Positions 39,091 through 46,583 of a stretch of 46,583 bases of DNA are shown piece by piece. Source of the DNA: Candidatus Omnitrophota bacterium. GTDB taxonomy: Bacteria > Omnitrophota > Gorgyraeia > Aquiviventales > Aquiviventaceae. Within the stretch, counting starts at the first letter, position 1. Every line of letters begins with the position of its first letter. The translations under genes were made by a program, and so were the position numbers. The stretch covers positions 314 to 46,896 of the forward strand of contig JAHFGW010000004.1 of the NCBI GenBank assembly GCA_023247235.1. The letters are read 5' to 3'. The notes below the pieces were generated by a model. That model searched no databases, was not told the origin of the DNA, and was given only the letters and a program-made list of their open reading frames with translations.

Positions 39091-40483
39091 GGCTTTGCTG
39101 GACCACCAGCTCGAAGTCGGCCCGCTCTCCGCTGGGCGTCGAGCGGCGCGTCGAGTGCTGCAACCGCACTTCCGAGACGCCGTCGAGCTGCTCCAAGACC
39201 TTCAGGTAGGCGAGCACCTGTTCCGTAGAGGGGGCGCGCCCGCGAAGCAACAGTTGCCGCTTGCTTTGCTCGAAGGTCAGCGCCTCCAGCGCGACAGGAG
39301 TCGGCGTGAGCCGAAGGATGCCGGCCAGCAGGCTCGCCAGCTGATGCCGCTGCCAGACCACGCCGCTGACAAGCTCGACCGCGCTCTGCTCCGCCCTGAC
39401 TTGGCGCGTCACCGGCTCAAGCGTGTCGATCACCTCGTCGAAATGCGCGGCCAGCTGCCGCTGTTGCGCCACCTGCAGGGCCACGAGGCCAGCGCCCAAA
39501 CTCAGGGCGCCAAGCGCCAGCGAGCCGATGAGCACGGCATCCCGCAGGCGCTGTCGCTGGCGCGCCTGCACGACCACCTCGGGCGGCGTCAGGTTCAATA
39601 GCTGCCCGGCGTCGGCGCAGGCCGTGCCGCAGACCACGACCGGGGACACCGGCACCGCGCCAATCAGCGGCCGCAAGAAGACGCCCTGGATCGCAGGCAC
39701 GTGCGCGACGGGCAGCCCGAAGCGGCGCTCAATCGATTCCGCCCATGGGGCTAGCGGTTCCATGCCGGTCAGAAGGAACGAGCGAACCTCGGTACCGGGC
39801 AGCTCCTTGCGCACCGTCGACAAGCTGCGGTCTAATTCCTGCGCCAATGGATCGAACCCCTCGGCCCCTTCGACGACCTCCTCCTTGGCTCCAGACCCCA
39901 CGCTGCGGCTGAAGAGCACGCGCTCCCCGGACACCAGCACCAGGTCGACCCGTTCCTCATCGCGGTTGACAATCAGCACCGGCTCCACGACCTGCGCCGG
40001 CCGCGTCTGAGCCATGTACCAGCCGAGCACCCCCCACGAACTGACCGTGAGCCGTTGGACCACCAGCCCGGCGCTCTTCAGCGGGCCGACCACGCGATCG
40101 ATCGCGTCGCGACGGCAGGCGACGACGGCGACCGTGCTGAGGCCTTCCCGTCGCTCCAGCACCTGGTGGTCCACGACGGCCTGCTCCTTCGGATACGGGA
40201 GCTGGGCCTTGCCGTAGAGCTCCACCATCTTCGCCAAGTCCTCCGGCTGCGCCGCGGGAAACTTAATGAGGCGCGAGATCACTTGGTCGCGCGGGATCAC
40301 GCCCATCGCCGGGGCGCCCTTGAGCCCCAGCTTCTTCACCAGACGCTCAAGCGTCCGGCCGATCGGCGTCTCCATGCCCAGCGGCTCGACCTGCAACGTG
40401 CGCACGCGCAGCCGCCCGGGCGTCCCTTCGGCCACCGCCAGGCGCAGGCTGCTATGTGTCCATTCGACAACGACCCGTCGCAT
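39077..40483 (-). CDS. GspL-like (PilM actin-like domain fused to PilN-like domain)
   Basis: N-terminal actin-like domain (QLPY, FSRS, LLTG), LNLTPPE motif, TM, PilN-like C-terminus. Confidence 0.8.
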   Translation of the reverse strand: MRRVVVEWTHSSLRLAVAEGTPGRLRVRTLQVEPLGMETPIGRTLERLVKKLGLKGAPAMGVIPRDQVISRLIKFPAAQPEDLAKMVELYGKAQLPYPKEQAVVDHQVLERREGLSTVAVVACRRDAIDRVVGPLKSAGLVVQRLTVSSWGVLGWYMAQTRPAQVVEPVLIVNRDEERVDLVLVSGERVLFSRSVGSGAKEEVVEGAEGFDPLAQELDRSLSTVRKELPGTEVRSFLLTGMEPLAPWAESIERRFGLPVAHVPAIQGVFLRPLIGAVPVSPVVVCGTACADAGQLLNLTPPEVVVQARQRQRLRDAVLIGSLALGALSLGAGLVALQVAQQRQLAAHFDEVIDTLEPVTRQVRAEQSAVELVSGVVWQRHQLASLLAGILRLTPTPVALEALTFEQSKRQLLLRGRAPSTEQVLAYLKVLEQLDGVSEVRLQHSTRRSTPSGERADFELVVQQSHAAR

Positions 40484-40494
40484 CTTAAACGCCT

Positions 40495-40550
40495 GGGGAC
40501 ACTTCGATTTTTCGCTTGAAGATCCGCCGGCGAAAAATCAACGCGTCCCC
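40495..40550. repeat. GGGGAC...GTCCCC hairpin (REP-like), gspK-gspL intergenic
   Basis: GGGGACACTTCGATTTTTCGC (40495-40515) versus GCGAAAAATCAACGCGTCCCC (40530-40550): 18/21 complementary. Confidence 0.8.
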
Positions 40551-40564
40551 TATCCTGCGTCGCA

Positions 40565-41617
40565 TCAGCTTTCCCGCCACGCGAGAATTTTCGGAGGTTC
40601 GGTCTCGTTCGCGGAGCGCTGCACCAGCGCTTCCACGCGCGCTTCGATCGGCGGGTTGAGCAGCCGTCCCGTCGCGTTCACCGTGAAGAGGTGCGAGGTG
40701 ACGCCAAACTGATTTTGAAGCAGGGTTTGCTCGTCATCGTCCAACACGATGCCGCAGCTCTCCTGGGCCGTCGGCACAATCTCCGCCTCTGTCTTGAAGA
40801 TCGTGCCGCTTGCCCGGCAGGCCCGCAGGCTCTCCGCGGTCCCTTCACGCATCCCCATCGCCGCGAGGACCTCCGGGCTGACCGTGTTGATGTTCAGCTT
40901 GTCGGGGACGCTCAGCGGCGCCACGCTGGCCAGCCGATAGAGGAGCGCAAACGGCTCCGCCTCAAGACCTGGGATCGCCAACAGCTCTTCGGGAGCGACG
41001 AGCGGGCCGTTCTTGGCCGCATACGGCGGCTGGGCTCCTTCATCCACCTCCAAGCCTTCTGCGCCGAAGGGGTCGGTGTTGGCATCCAGATAATCGGCGA
41101 TCCGCGGGGCCGCCTCCGGCGCAGTCACCAAGCGGCCCAGGGTCTTGTACCACAAGTTCCCCGCATCCGACTGGACTCTGTTCAGCGGCAGTTTGCGCTC
41201 TTCATCCACCATGCGAATCTCAATCCGCGCCCCCGGGCCTGAGGGACCCGGCTGCTCGGGCAGATCGACGGCCCAGACCGCGGGGTCCTCGCTGTCGGGA
41301 AACTGCGCCCAGTCATCGCCCAGCCAATCATACTGGCCTCCACCCTCTTCAGACGTCTTGGCGTCATCGGCCAATCGCTGGAGCGCCAGGTACACCCCGC
41401 TGCGCGCCAGGACCCTCGCCTGCTCGCGTCCGACCCGGTACTTCGTCAGGCGCACTTCCGTGGAGAGGAACCGGCCGATCGCCACCGCCAGCACACTGAG
41501 GATCGTCACAAGCCATAGCGTCACGATCAGCAAGGACCCGGTATCGGGGACCCGTCCATTTTTTCTGTCCGAGAGCCAATGGAAAAAAGAGACGCGTCCC
41601 CGATCAAGGCGATTCAT
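40565..41617 (-). CDS. gspK: Minor pseudopilin GspK
   Basis: G|SLLIVTLWLVTILS without Glu5 (typical of GspK), DWLGDDW, DEERKLPLN, KNGPL..PEELL, LNINT; ATGA overlap with gspJ. Confidence 0.9.
   Translation of the reverse strand: MNRLDRGRVSFFHWLSDRKNGRVPDTGSLLIVTLWLVTILSVLAVAIGRFLSTEVRLTKYRVGREQARVLARSGVYLALQRLADDAKTSEEGGGQYDWLGDDWAQFPDSEDPAVWAVDLPEQPGPSGPGARIEIRMVDEERKLPLNRVQSDAGNLWYKTLGRLVTAPEAAPRIADYLDANTDPFGAEGLEVDEGAQPPYAAKNGPLVAPEELLAIPGLEAEPFALLYRLASVAPLSVPDKLNINTVSPEVLAAMGMREGTAESLRACRASGTIFKTEAEIVPTAQESCGIVLDDDEQTLLQNQFGVTSHLFTVNATGRLLNPPIEARVEALVQRSANETEPPKILAWRES
41543..41604. repeat. GGGGAC...GTCCCC hairpin inside the gspK leader-peptide coding region
   Basis: ATCGGGGACCCGTCCATTTTTTC (41543-41565) versus GAAAAAAGAGACGCGTCCCCGAT (41582-41604): 20/23 complementary. 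Confidence 0.8.
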
Positions 41618-42309
41618 TCGGCGGCCTTGGGCAGCGTGCCCGTCGGAATCCACACGAGTTCCCGAAATGGCCGGCCCGGCTCAAACCGGCCTCCCAGTGC
41701 GACCAAGCGAGGAATCTCCTTCGTGCTGGTCCAGGTGTCGCGCCATTGCAGCGCCCCGGCCGTCCCGGAGGCGGCATACGCATACTCGACGGCGAGCTCG
41801 GCACAGCCGGCCGCCAAGAGCACCGGCGTACCCGCCTGTCGCGCCATGACGTCCCCGATCGCCTGGCCCGTCCGCCACAGGCCCTGCACGCCGTCCTGCT
41901 CGGCGCAGCGATAGGTGACGTACTCCACCGCTCCGGGCCTGGCCGCCGTCGTGGGACGCACCGTCACCCACCGCAGCTCCGTGTGGCCAAAATACGGCGC
42001 CACGACCGCTTCCTCGCGCGGGTCATACGCGATCGCGTTGACAAGCTCCCGGCGGAACTGATCCAAGGCGAAGTGCCGCTCGCGCAGCGTCTCCGTCTCC
42101 CCGGTGACCCGCCGCCAGACGCGCACCCCCCCCTGCAGATGCGTCCCCAGGCCGACAAACAGGACGGACATGATGGTCGCGGCGATGATCAGCTCGATGA
42201 ATGTAAAACCCTGAGAGCTCGTGGCTCGTGGCTCGTGGTTCGTGGCCTTTCCTCGAACCTCCAGCCTCGAGCCTCGAGCCTGGCTGGCACTCTGCCCCGA
42301 ACCTACCAT
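41614..42309 (-). CDS. gspJ: Minor pseudopilin GspJ-like
   Basis: G|FTFIELIIA class III signal, fourth pseudopilin gene, C-terminal WRDTW..IPRLV; 34-aa leader. Confidence 0.82.
   Translation of the reverse strand: MVGSGQSASQARGSRLEVRGKATNHEPRATSSQGFTFIELIIAATIMSVLFVGLGTHLQGGVRVWRRVTGETETLRERHFALDQFRRELVNAIAYDPREEAVVAPYFGHTELRWVTVRPTTAARPGAVEYVTYRCAEQDGVQGLWRTGQAIGDVMARQAGTPVLLAAGCAELAVEYAYAASGTAGALQWRDTWTSTKEIPRLVALGGRFEPGRPFRELVWIPTGTLPKAAE
42217..42280. repeat. GCTCGTG/CCTCGAG heptad element in the gspJ leader
   Basis: gctcgtg x3 + gttcgtg (42217-42244), then cctcgaa cctccag cctcgag cctcgag (42251-42278). Confidence 0.9.
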
Positions 42310-42758
42310 GAATCCGGCACCCACTCTGAGGGCCAGAGCGCCCACAGCCGGACTTGCGGGCCGGCGCCCTCCACCGGATGGACGGCGAAATTGACTTGGC
42401 TCACCGGCACCCCCCCAGCAGCTCCCTGCGGCGCGGCCGTGATCTGCCAGCCGTACGCTTCATGTGGGGCCTCGAACGTCCCCTCGCCAGACCGTGCCGT
42501 CGGCTGGGAGGCCGCGCGCGCCGCCTCCACTTCCGCCAGCAGCGACCGGCTGAGCGAGAGCAGCACATCCGTGGCTTCCATCGTCTTCAACGCCCGCAGG
42601 TGCCCCGAAAAGCTGCGGCTGATAAACACCAGGCCCAGGCCGATCACCGCCGCGGAGAGGACCGCTTCAACGAGCAGCAGGCCTCGGCCTACCCGCCGGG
42701 CCGCGGCGGGCCTACGATCCTGACCCGTCGGTAAGGGTGACTCGGCTTGTGGTCGCAT
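42303..42758 (-). CDS. gspI: Minor pseudopilin GspI-like
   Basis: G|LLLVEAVLS class III signal; small; lies between gspH and gspJ. Confidence 0.75.
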   Translation of the reverse strand: MRPQAESPLPTGQDRRPAAARRVGRGLLLVEAVLSAAVIGLGLVFISRSFSGHLRALKTMEATDVLLSLSRSLLAEVEAARAASQPTARSGEGTFEAPHEAYGWQITAAPQGAAGGVPVSQVNFAVHPVEGAGPQVRLWALWPSEWVPDSW

Positions 42759-43254
42759 GCACGGTCACAGTATAGGCACGCCCGCGATGGCTCACCACCA
42801 GCGTGGCCGCTTCGCTCGTGCCATCAGGAAAAAAGGTGACGCGCTCCACCGGCACCTCGTCCCGGGTCAGCGCGACGTCGATGGCCTCAGACGCCACGCG
42901 CCTGTGGGTGCCCCGCTCCTCAAGCGGCAGCGGTTCTCCCTCGATCGGGTCGATCTCCAACCGCGCCTGCCTGGCATCTGGGTCCCAGACCCAGGCGATC
43001 GGCTCGCCTTGGGTCACCGCGCGCTCGTGCGCATACCGGAAGAGTTGCGCCAAGGCGAAGGCGGTCTGCTCAGTCTGAAGCCGCGCGGCGGTCCCGGTGA
43101 AGTTGGGCACCGCCGCCACAAGCAACATGGCCAGCACGACGGTGACCAGCACCACCTCGACGAGGGTAAACCCAGGGTGGGCGGGCTTAGTCTTGCCAAT
43201 TGCCGATGTCGTCGTTGCCCACTCTGCCGTCGGGGCCCAGCGAATAGAGCTCAT
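42712..43254 (-). CDS. gspH: Minor pseudopilin GspH/FimT-like (start uncertain)
   Basis: G|FTLVEVVLV, VTFFPDGTS; nearest in-frame ATG is 43254, inside gspG. Confidence 0.8.
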   Translation of the reverse strand: MSSIRWAPTAEWATTTSAIGKTKPAHPGFTLVEVVLVTVVLAMLLVAAVPNFTGTAARLQTEQTAFALAQLFRYAHERAVTQGEPIAWVWDPDARQARLEIDPIEGEPLPLEERGTHRRVASEAIDVALTRDEVPVERVTFFPDGTSEAATLVVSHRGRAYTVTVHATTSRVTLTDGSGS

Positions 43255-43678
43255 AGTCCTGCTGGTGCTCCGACTGCATGCTATAGATGTAGGAGCGGTG
43301 CCAGGGATCTTCCGGCAAGCCCTTTTTGAGATAGGGGCCATTCCATTTCCCTTCCTCCACGTCCGCAGGCGGCTCGCGCCGTACCAGCTCCTCCAACCCA
43401 TCGGGATAGCGGCCCATGTCGAGCTCATACAGATCCAGGGCCAACCCGATCGCGGCGATGTCCGCCCGCGCCCGCGCGGTCTTCGCTTGCTCGGTGCGTC
43501 CCGTCAGCCGCGGCACGACCATCGCGGCCAGCACCCCGATAATGATGATGACCAACATGAGCTCAATCAGCGTGAAAGCACGCTCGAGGTTCGAGGCTCG
43601 AGGCTCGAGGGAAAGACCCGAACCCTGGTCGCCACGAGCCATGAACCACGAACCACGAGCCCGTTTTGCGCGACTCAT
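43187..43678 (-). CDS. gspG: Major pseudopilin GspG
   Basis: A|FTLIELMLVIIIIGVLAAMVVP, GRYP, WNGPYL, DPW..SYIY, YSLGPDG..GNDDIGNW; 34-aa leader; ATGA overlap with gspF. Confidence 0.95.
   Translation of the reverse strand: MSRAKRARGSWFMARGDQGSGLSLEPRASNLERAFTLIELMLVIIIIGVLAAMVVPRLTGRTEQAKTARARADIAAIGLALDLYELDMGRYPDGLEELVRREPPADVEEGKWNGPYLKKGLPEDPWHRSYIYSMQSEHQQDYELYSLGPDGRVGNDDIGNWQD
43582..43660. repeat. GCTCGTG/CCTCGAG heptad element (opposite orientation) in the gspG leader
   Basis: gctcgag gttcgag gctcgag gctcgag (43582-43609) and ccacgag ccatgaa ccacgaa ccacgag (43632-43659). Confidence 0.9.
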
Positions 43679-44883
43679 TGGACGACCAGCCCAATCTGGA
43701 ACACGGGCAGTAACATGGCCAGGACGATGAACATGACGACGCCTCCCACGCCTACGAGCAGAATCGGTTCCACGATGGCGGTGAGCCCCTTGATCGCCCG
43801 GTCGACTTCGCGCTCATAGGTCCCGGCGACTTTCAGCAGCGCCGCGTCGACCGTCCCGGACTCCTCGCCGACGGTCACCATGTTGCTGACGAAGGGCGGA
43901 AATTCCCCGCTATTGGCCAAGGCGACCGCGATGCTCGCCCCGTCGCGAACCGACTCTTGGACCTGGACGACCGCGCGCCGCAAGACCGAATTCGAGACGC
44001 TCTGCGCGACCACATCTAACGCCTGCAAGACCGGCACGCCCTGGCCGACCATGACGCCGAGGTTCCGCATGAAGCGCGACGTCTCCAGCTTGCGCGCCAG
44101 CGTGCCCACGCCGGGCAGCACCAGCACGAGCCGATCCACCACGGCGCGACCCGCAGCACTGTTGCGCCACCGGCCGAACCCCAGCGCGAACAGCAGCAGG
44201 CCGCCGAGCAGCGCCCACCACCACCGGGTCAACACCCGGCTGACCGCCAGCAGCATGCGCGTCGGCAGCGGCAGCAGCTGGCCGGACTCAATGAAGACTT
44301 GCGACAGCGTGGGGATCACGTAGGCCAGCAGAAAGACGGTCATCGCCACCGCGACCGCGAGCACAAAGAGCGGATACGCCGAGGCGGTCAGCAGCCGGCT
44401 CCTCAGCTCGGCGTCGTTCTCGCCCAGCTCCGCCAGGCGGGCCAGCGCCTGCTCCAGGCCTCCGCCCACCTCCCCGGCCCTCACCATATTCATGTAGAGC
44501 GGCGAGAACACGGTGGGATGATCGGCGAGGGTGTCGCTGAGCGCGCGGCCGTCGCGCACGCCGGCCGTCAGGCCGTCGATGACTCGGCGCAGCGCTGGAT
44601 GGTCCGTTTGCTTAGCGAGGAGGGTGAGTGCATTCAGCAGCGGCAGGCCGCCGCCCAGCAAGTCCGCGAGCTGCCGCGTCGTTTGCGCGAGTTGGCGCCC
44701 GGAGATGCGGCGACGGGCGAAGGTCCTCCGGCCGCCGCGCGCGCCGGTGACCTCCATGATGCTCAGCGGAAAGACGCCTTGACTGCCCAGGCGGTTGATG
44801 GCGGCGGCCTCGTTCTCCGCCTCGATGGTGCCCTCGAGGATCTTGAGCGCGCTGTCGCGCGCTCGGTAGGCGTACTGGGCCAT
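43675..44883 (-). CDS. gspF: T2SS inner-membrane platform protein GspF
   Basis: MAQYAYRARD, TRQLADLL, MVRAGEVGG, YP, GEESG, EPILL, AMLLPVF. Confidence 0.95.
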   Translation of the reverse strand: MAQYAYRARDSALKILEGTIEAENEAAAINRLGSQGVFPLSIMEVTGARGGRRTFARRRISGRQLAQTTRQLADLLGGGLPLLNALTLLAKQTDHPALRRVIDGLTAGVRDGRALSDTLADHPTVFSPLYMNMVRAGEVGGGLEQALARLAELGENDAELRSRLLTASAYPLFVLAVAVAMTVFLLAYVIPTLSQVFIESGQLLPLPTRMLLAVSRVLTRWWWALLGGLLLFALGFGRWRNSAAGRAVVDRLVLVLPGVGTLARKLETSRFMRNLGVMVGQGVPVLQALDVVAQSVSNSVLRRAVVQVQESVRDGASIAVALANSGEFPPFVSNMVTVGEESGTVDAALLKVAGTYEREVDRAIKGLTAIVEPILLVGVGGVVMFIVLAMLLPVFQIGLVVQ

Positions 44884-44891
44884 CGGTGCTG

Positions 44892-44900
44892 AGTATAACA
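44892..44900 (-). promoter_or_regulatory. Possible extended -10 (TGtTATACT) 8 nt upstream of the gspF ATG
   Basis: Minus strand gtcggtgTGtTATACTcagcaccgATG; no Shine-Dalgarno sequence in the gap. Confidence 0.45.
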
Positions 44901-44906
44901 CACCGA

Positions 44907-46583
44907 CTACGTGACGCGCAGCACCTCTTCCGGCGTGGTGAGCCCCTCCGCGATCTTGCGAAATCCGTCCTGGCGCAGGGTTTGCATCGGCGTGTCGCGC
45001 TGCGCCGCCTGGAGGATGTCGCTGGAGGAGGCGCGCCGCAAGATCTGTTGCTTGACGCCTTCCGTGATGAGCATGAACTCGTGAATCGCAGTGCGTCCCT
45101 TAAACCCGGTGCCTTTGCAGGCCAGGCAGCCCCGGCCATACCGCAGCGCGCTCGGCGCGGGGCCGACAAGATTGAACGGGGCCAGCACCCGCGCGTGCAC
45201 CGGCCGCTCCTCTTGGCAGTCGGAACAGATGAGGCGGACGAGCCGCTGCGCCACGAAGCACAGGACGGAGGAGGACAACAGGTAGGGCTCGATCCCCATG
45301 TCCAGCAGGCGCGTCACCCCCCCGGCGGCGTCGTTGGTGTGCAGCGTCGAGAAGACCAGATGGCCCGTCAAGGCGCTGCGGATCGTGATCTCGGCCGTTT
45401 CCGGATCGCGCACCTCGCCGACCATCATGATGTCCGGGTCATGGCGCAGCATGGAGCGCAGGCCCTGGGCGAAAGAGAAGCCGATGCGCGGATGCACCTG
45501 CAGCTGCACGATGCCGTCCAGCTGATACTCAATGGGGTCCTCGATGGTCAGGATTTTGCGATTCGGGGCGTTGAGCTTCGAGAGGCACGCGTACAGGGTC
45601 GTCGTCTTGCCGGAGCCGGTGGGCCCGGTGACAAAAATGATGCCATGCGGCCGCTCGATGAGCTCCGAGAGAATCTTCAACTGCGCGTCCCCCAGCCCGA
45701 GCTCCTTGAGGCTGAAGAGCATGCCGGAGGACAGCAAGCGCACGTTCACGCCCTCGCCGTAGCTGGTCGGCAGCACCGAGATGCGCAGGTCGAGCTCCTT
45801 GCGCTCCAGCCGCACCTTGATCCGCCCGTCCTGCGGCAGCCGCCGCTCGGCGATGTCGAGCTTCGCCATGACCTTGATGCGCGAGACGATCGCCGGGTGC
45901 AGCTTGACCAGATCCGGCGGCACCGGCACGTCATAGAGGATGCCGTCAATGCGCTGCCGCACGCGCAGGATCTGTTCAAACGGCTCCAGATGAATGTCGG
46001 TCGCCCGCTCGCGCACCGCCGAGAGGATGAGCTGATTGACGAAGGAGATGACGGAGGCATCCTGGGCCTTGGCCATCAGGTCCTCGGCCCCGGCCACGGG
46101 AGCCGAGGTGCGCACGCCCGCATCAAGCAACTGCTCGACCGCCGAGGCGCCGATGCCGTAGTGGCGCTCGATCGCGCGCTTAATCTCCTGCTCCGTCGAG
46201 AGCACGGGATCGACTTCGCAATCCAGCAGCAGGCGCAGCTCATCCAGCGTCTGCACGTCAAACGGATCCGCGATGGCGACTTTCAAGACGTCCTGCTCGA
46301 AGGCCAGGGGGATGAGCCGGTAGTGGCCGGCGAACTTCGGGGGGACTTTAGCGAGCGCCTCCGGGCTGATCTGCACCTCGGCGAGGCGCACATAGGGCAT
46401 GCCGGCCTGCTCGGCGAGCACTTCCAGGAGCTGCTCGTTGGTAATGAGGCCCTGGCGCGTGAGCACACTGCCGAGCAGCTCGCCGGTGCGCTTTTGCTCA
46501 TCCCGCGCCTGGTCCAAATCGTCAGCCGAGATGAGCCCGCGCTCCAGCAGCAGCTCACCGAGGATCTGACGGCGAGTTCTGGG
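44907..46583 (-). CDS. gspE: T2SS/T4P assembly ATPase GspE (5' end beyond the window)
   Basis: Frame open to the window edge; ATDIHLEP, RLPQDGR, Walker A GPTGSGKT, TIEDPIEY, DPDIMMVGEVRD, STLHTND, CxxC...CxxC. Confidence 0.96.
   Translation of the reverse strand, partial: PRTRRQILGELLLERGLISADDLDQARDEQKRTGELLGSVLTRQGLITNEQLLEVLAEQAGMPYVRLAEVQISPEALAKVPPKFAGHYRLIPLAFEQDVLKVAIADPFDVQTLDELRLLLDCEVDPVLSTEQEIKRAIERHYGIGASAVEQLLDAGVRTSAPVAGAEDLMAKAQDASVISFVNQLILSAVRERATDIHLEPFEQILRVRQRIDGILYDVPVPPDLVKLHPAIVSRIKVMAKLDIAERRLPQDGRIKVRLERKELDLRISVLPTSYGEGVNVRLLSSGMLFSLKELGLGDAQLKILSELIERPHGIIFVTGPTGSGKTTTLYACLSKLNAPNRKILTIEDPIEYQLDGIVQLQVHPRIGFSFAQGLRSMLRHDPDIMMVGEVRDPETAEITIRSALTGHLVFSTLHTNDAAGGVTRLLDMGIEPYLLSSSVLCFVAQRLVRLICSDCQEERPVHARVLAPFNLVGPAPSALRYGRGCLACKGTGFKGRTAIHEFMLITEGVKQQILRRASSSDILQAAQRDTPMQTLRQDGFRKIAEGLTTPEEVLRVT

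Overview
A GC-rich (roughly two-thirds G+C) bacterial chromosomal segment in which every credible gene lies on the minus strand. In transcription order (right to left) it holds: (1) a type II secretion-like locus, gspE(5'-truncated)-F-G-H-I-J-K-L(PilM/N-like)-M(PilO-like), then a MerR-type HTH gene, an ExeA-like ATPase, a GspC-like gene and a secretin with an unusual C-terminal TonB-like domain; (2) a FabL-like SDR and smc; (3) ribBA-ribH-nusB-PHP-ribD-ribE; (4) tRNA-Pro(CGG), apt, acyP, a metallophosphoesterase, ligA, a lipoprotein, xerD, a short tRNA nucleotidyltransferase, DUF503, rbfA, truB and ribF; (5) a complete dcw cluster from mraZ to ftsA, with MraZ boxes. The gene order resembles what I recall from Candidatus Omnitrophota (PVC superphylum); this is an inference. 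The housekeeping genes are ordinary. The unexplained layer is a set of short palindromic elements from several families: 7-bp heptad hairpins, GGGGAC...GTCCCC hairpins, CACAGAT decamer repeats and a nested REP-like element. They sit at operon junctions and in frame inside proteins. Most notably they occupy the cleaved leader peptides of the pseudopilins GspG, GspJ and GspK (possibly GspI), the MurD C-terminus and a loop of RibF. mraY and possibly gspH appear to use non-canonical start codons. All calls come from reading motifs by eye; no searches were run.
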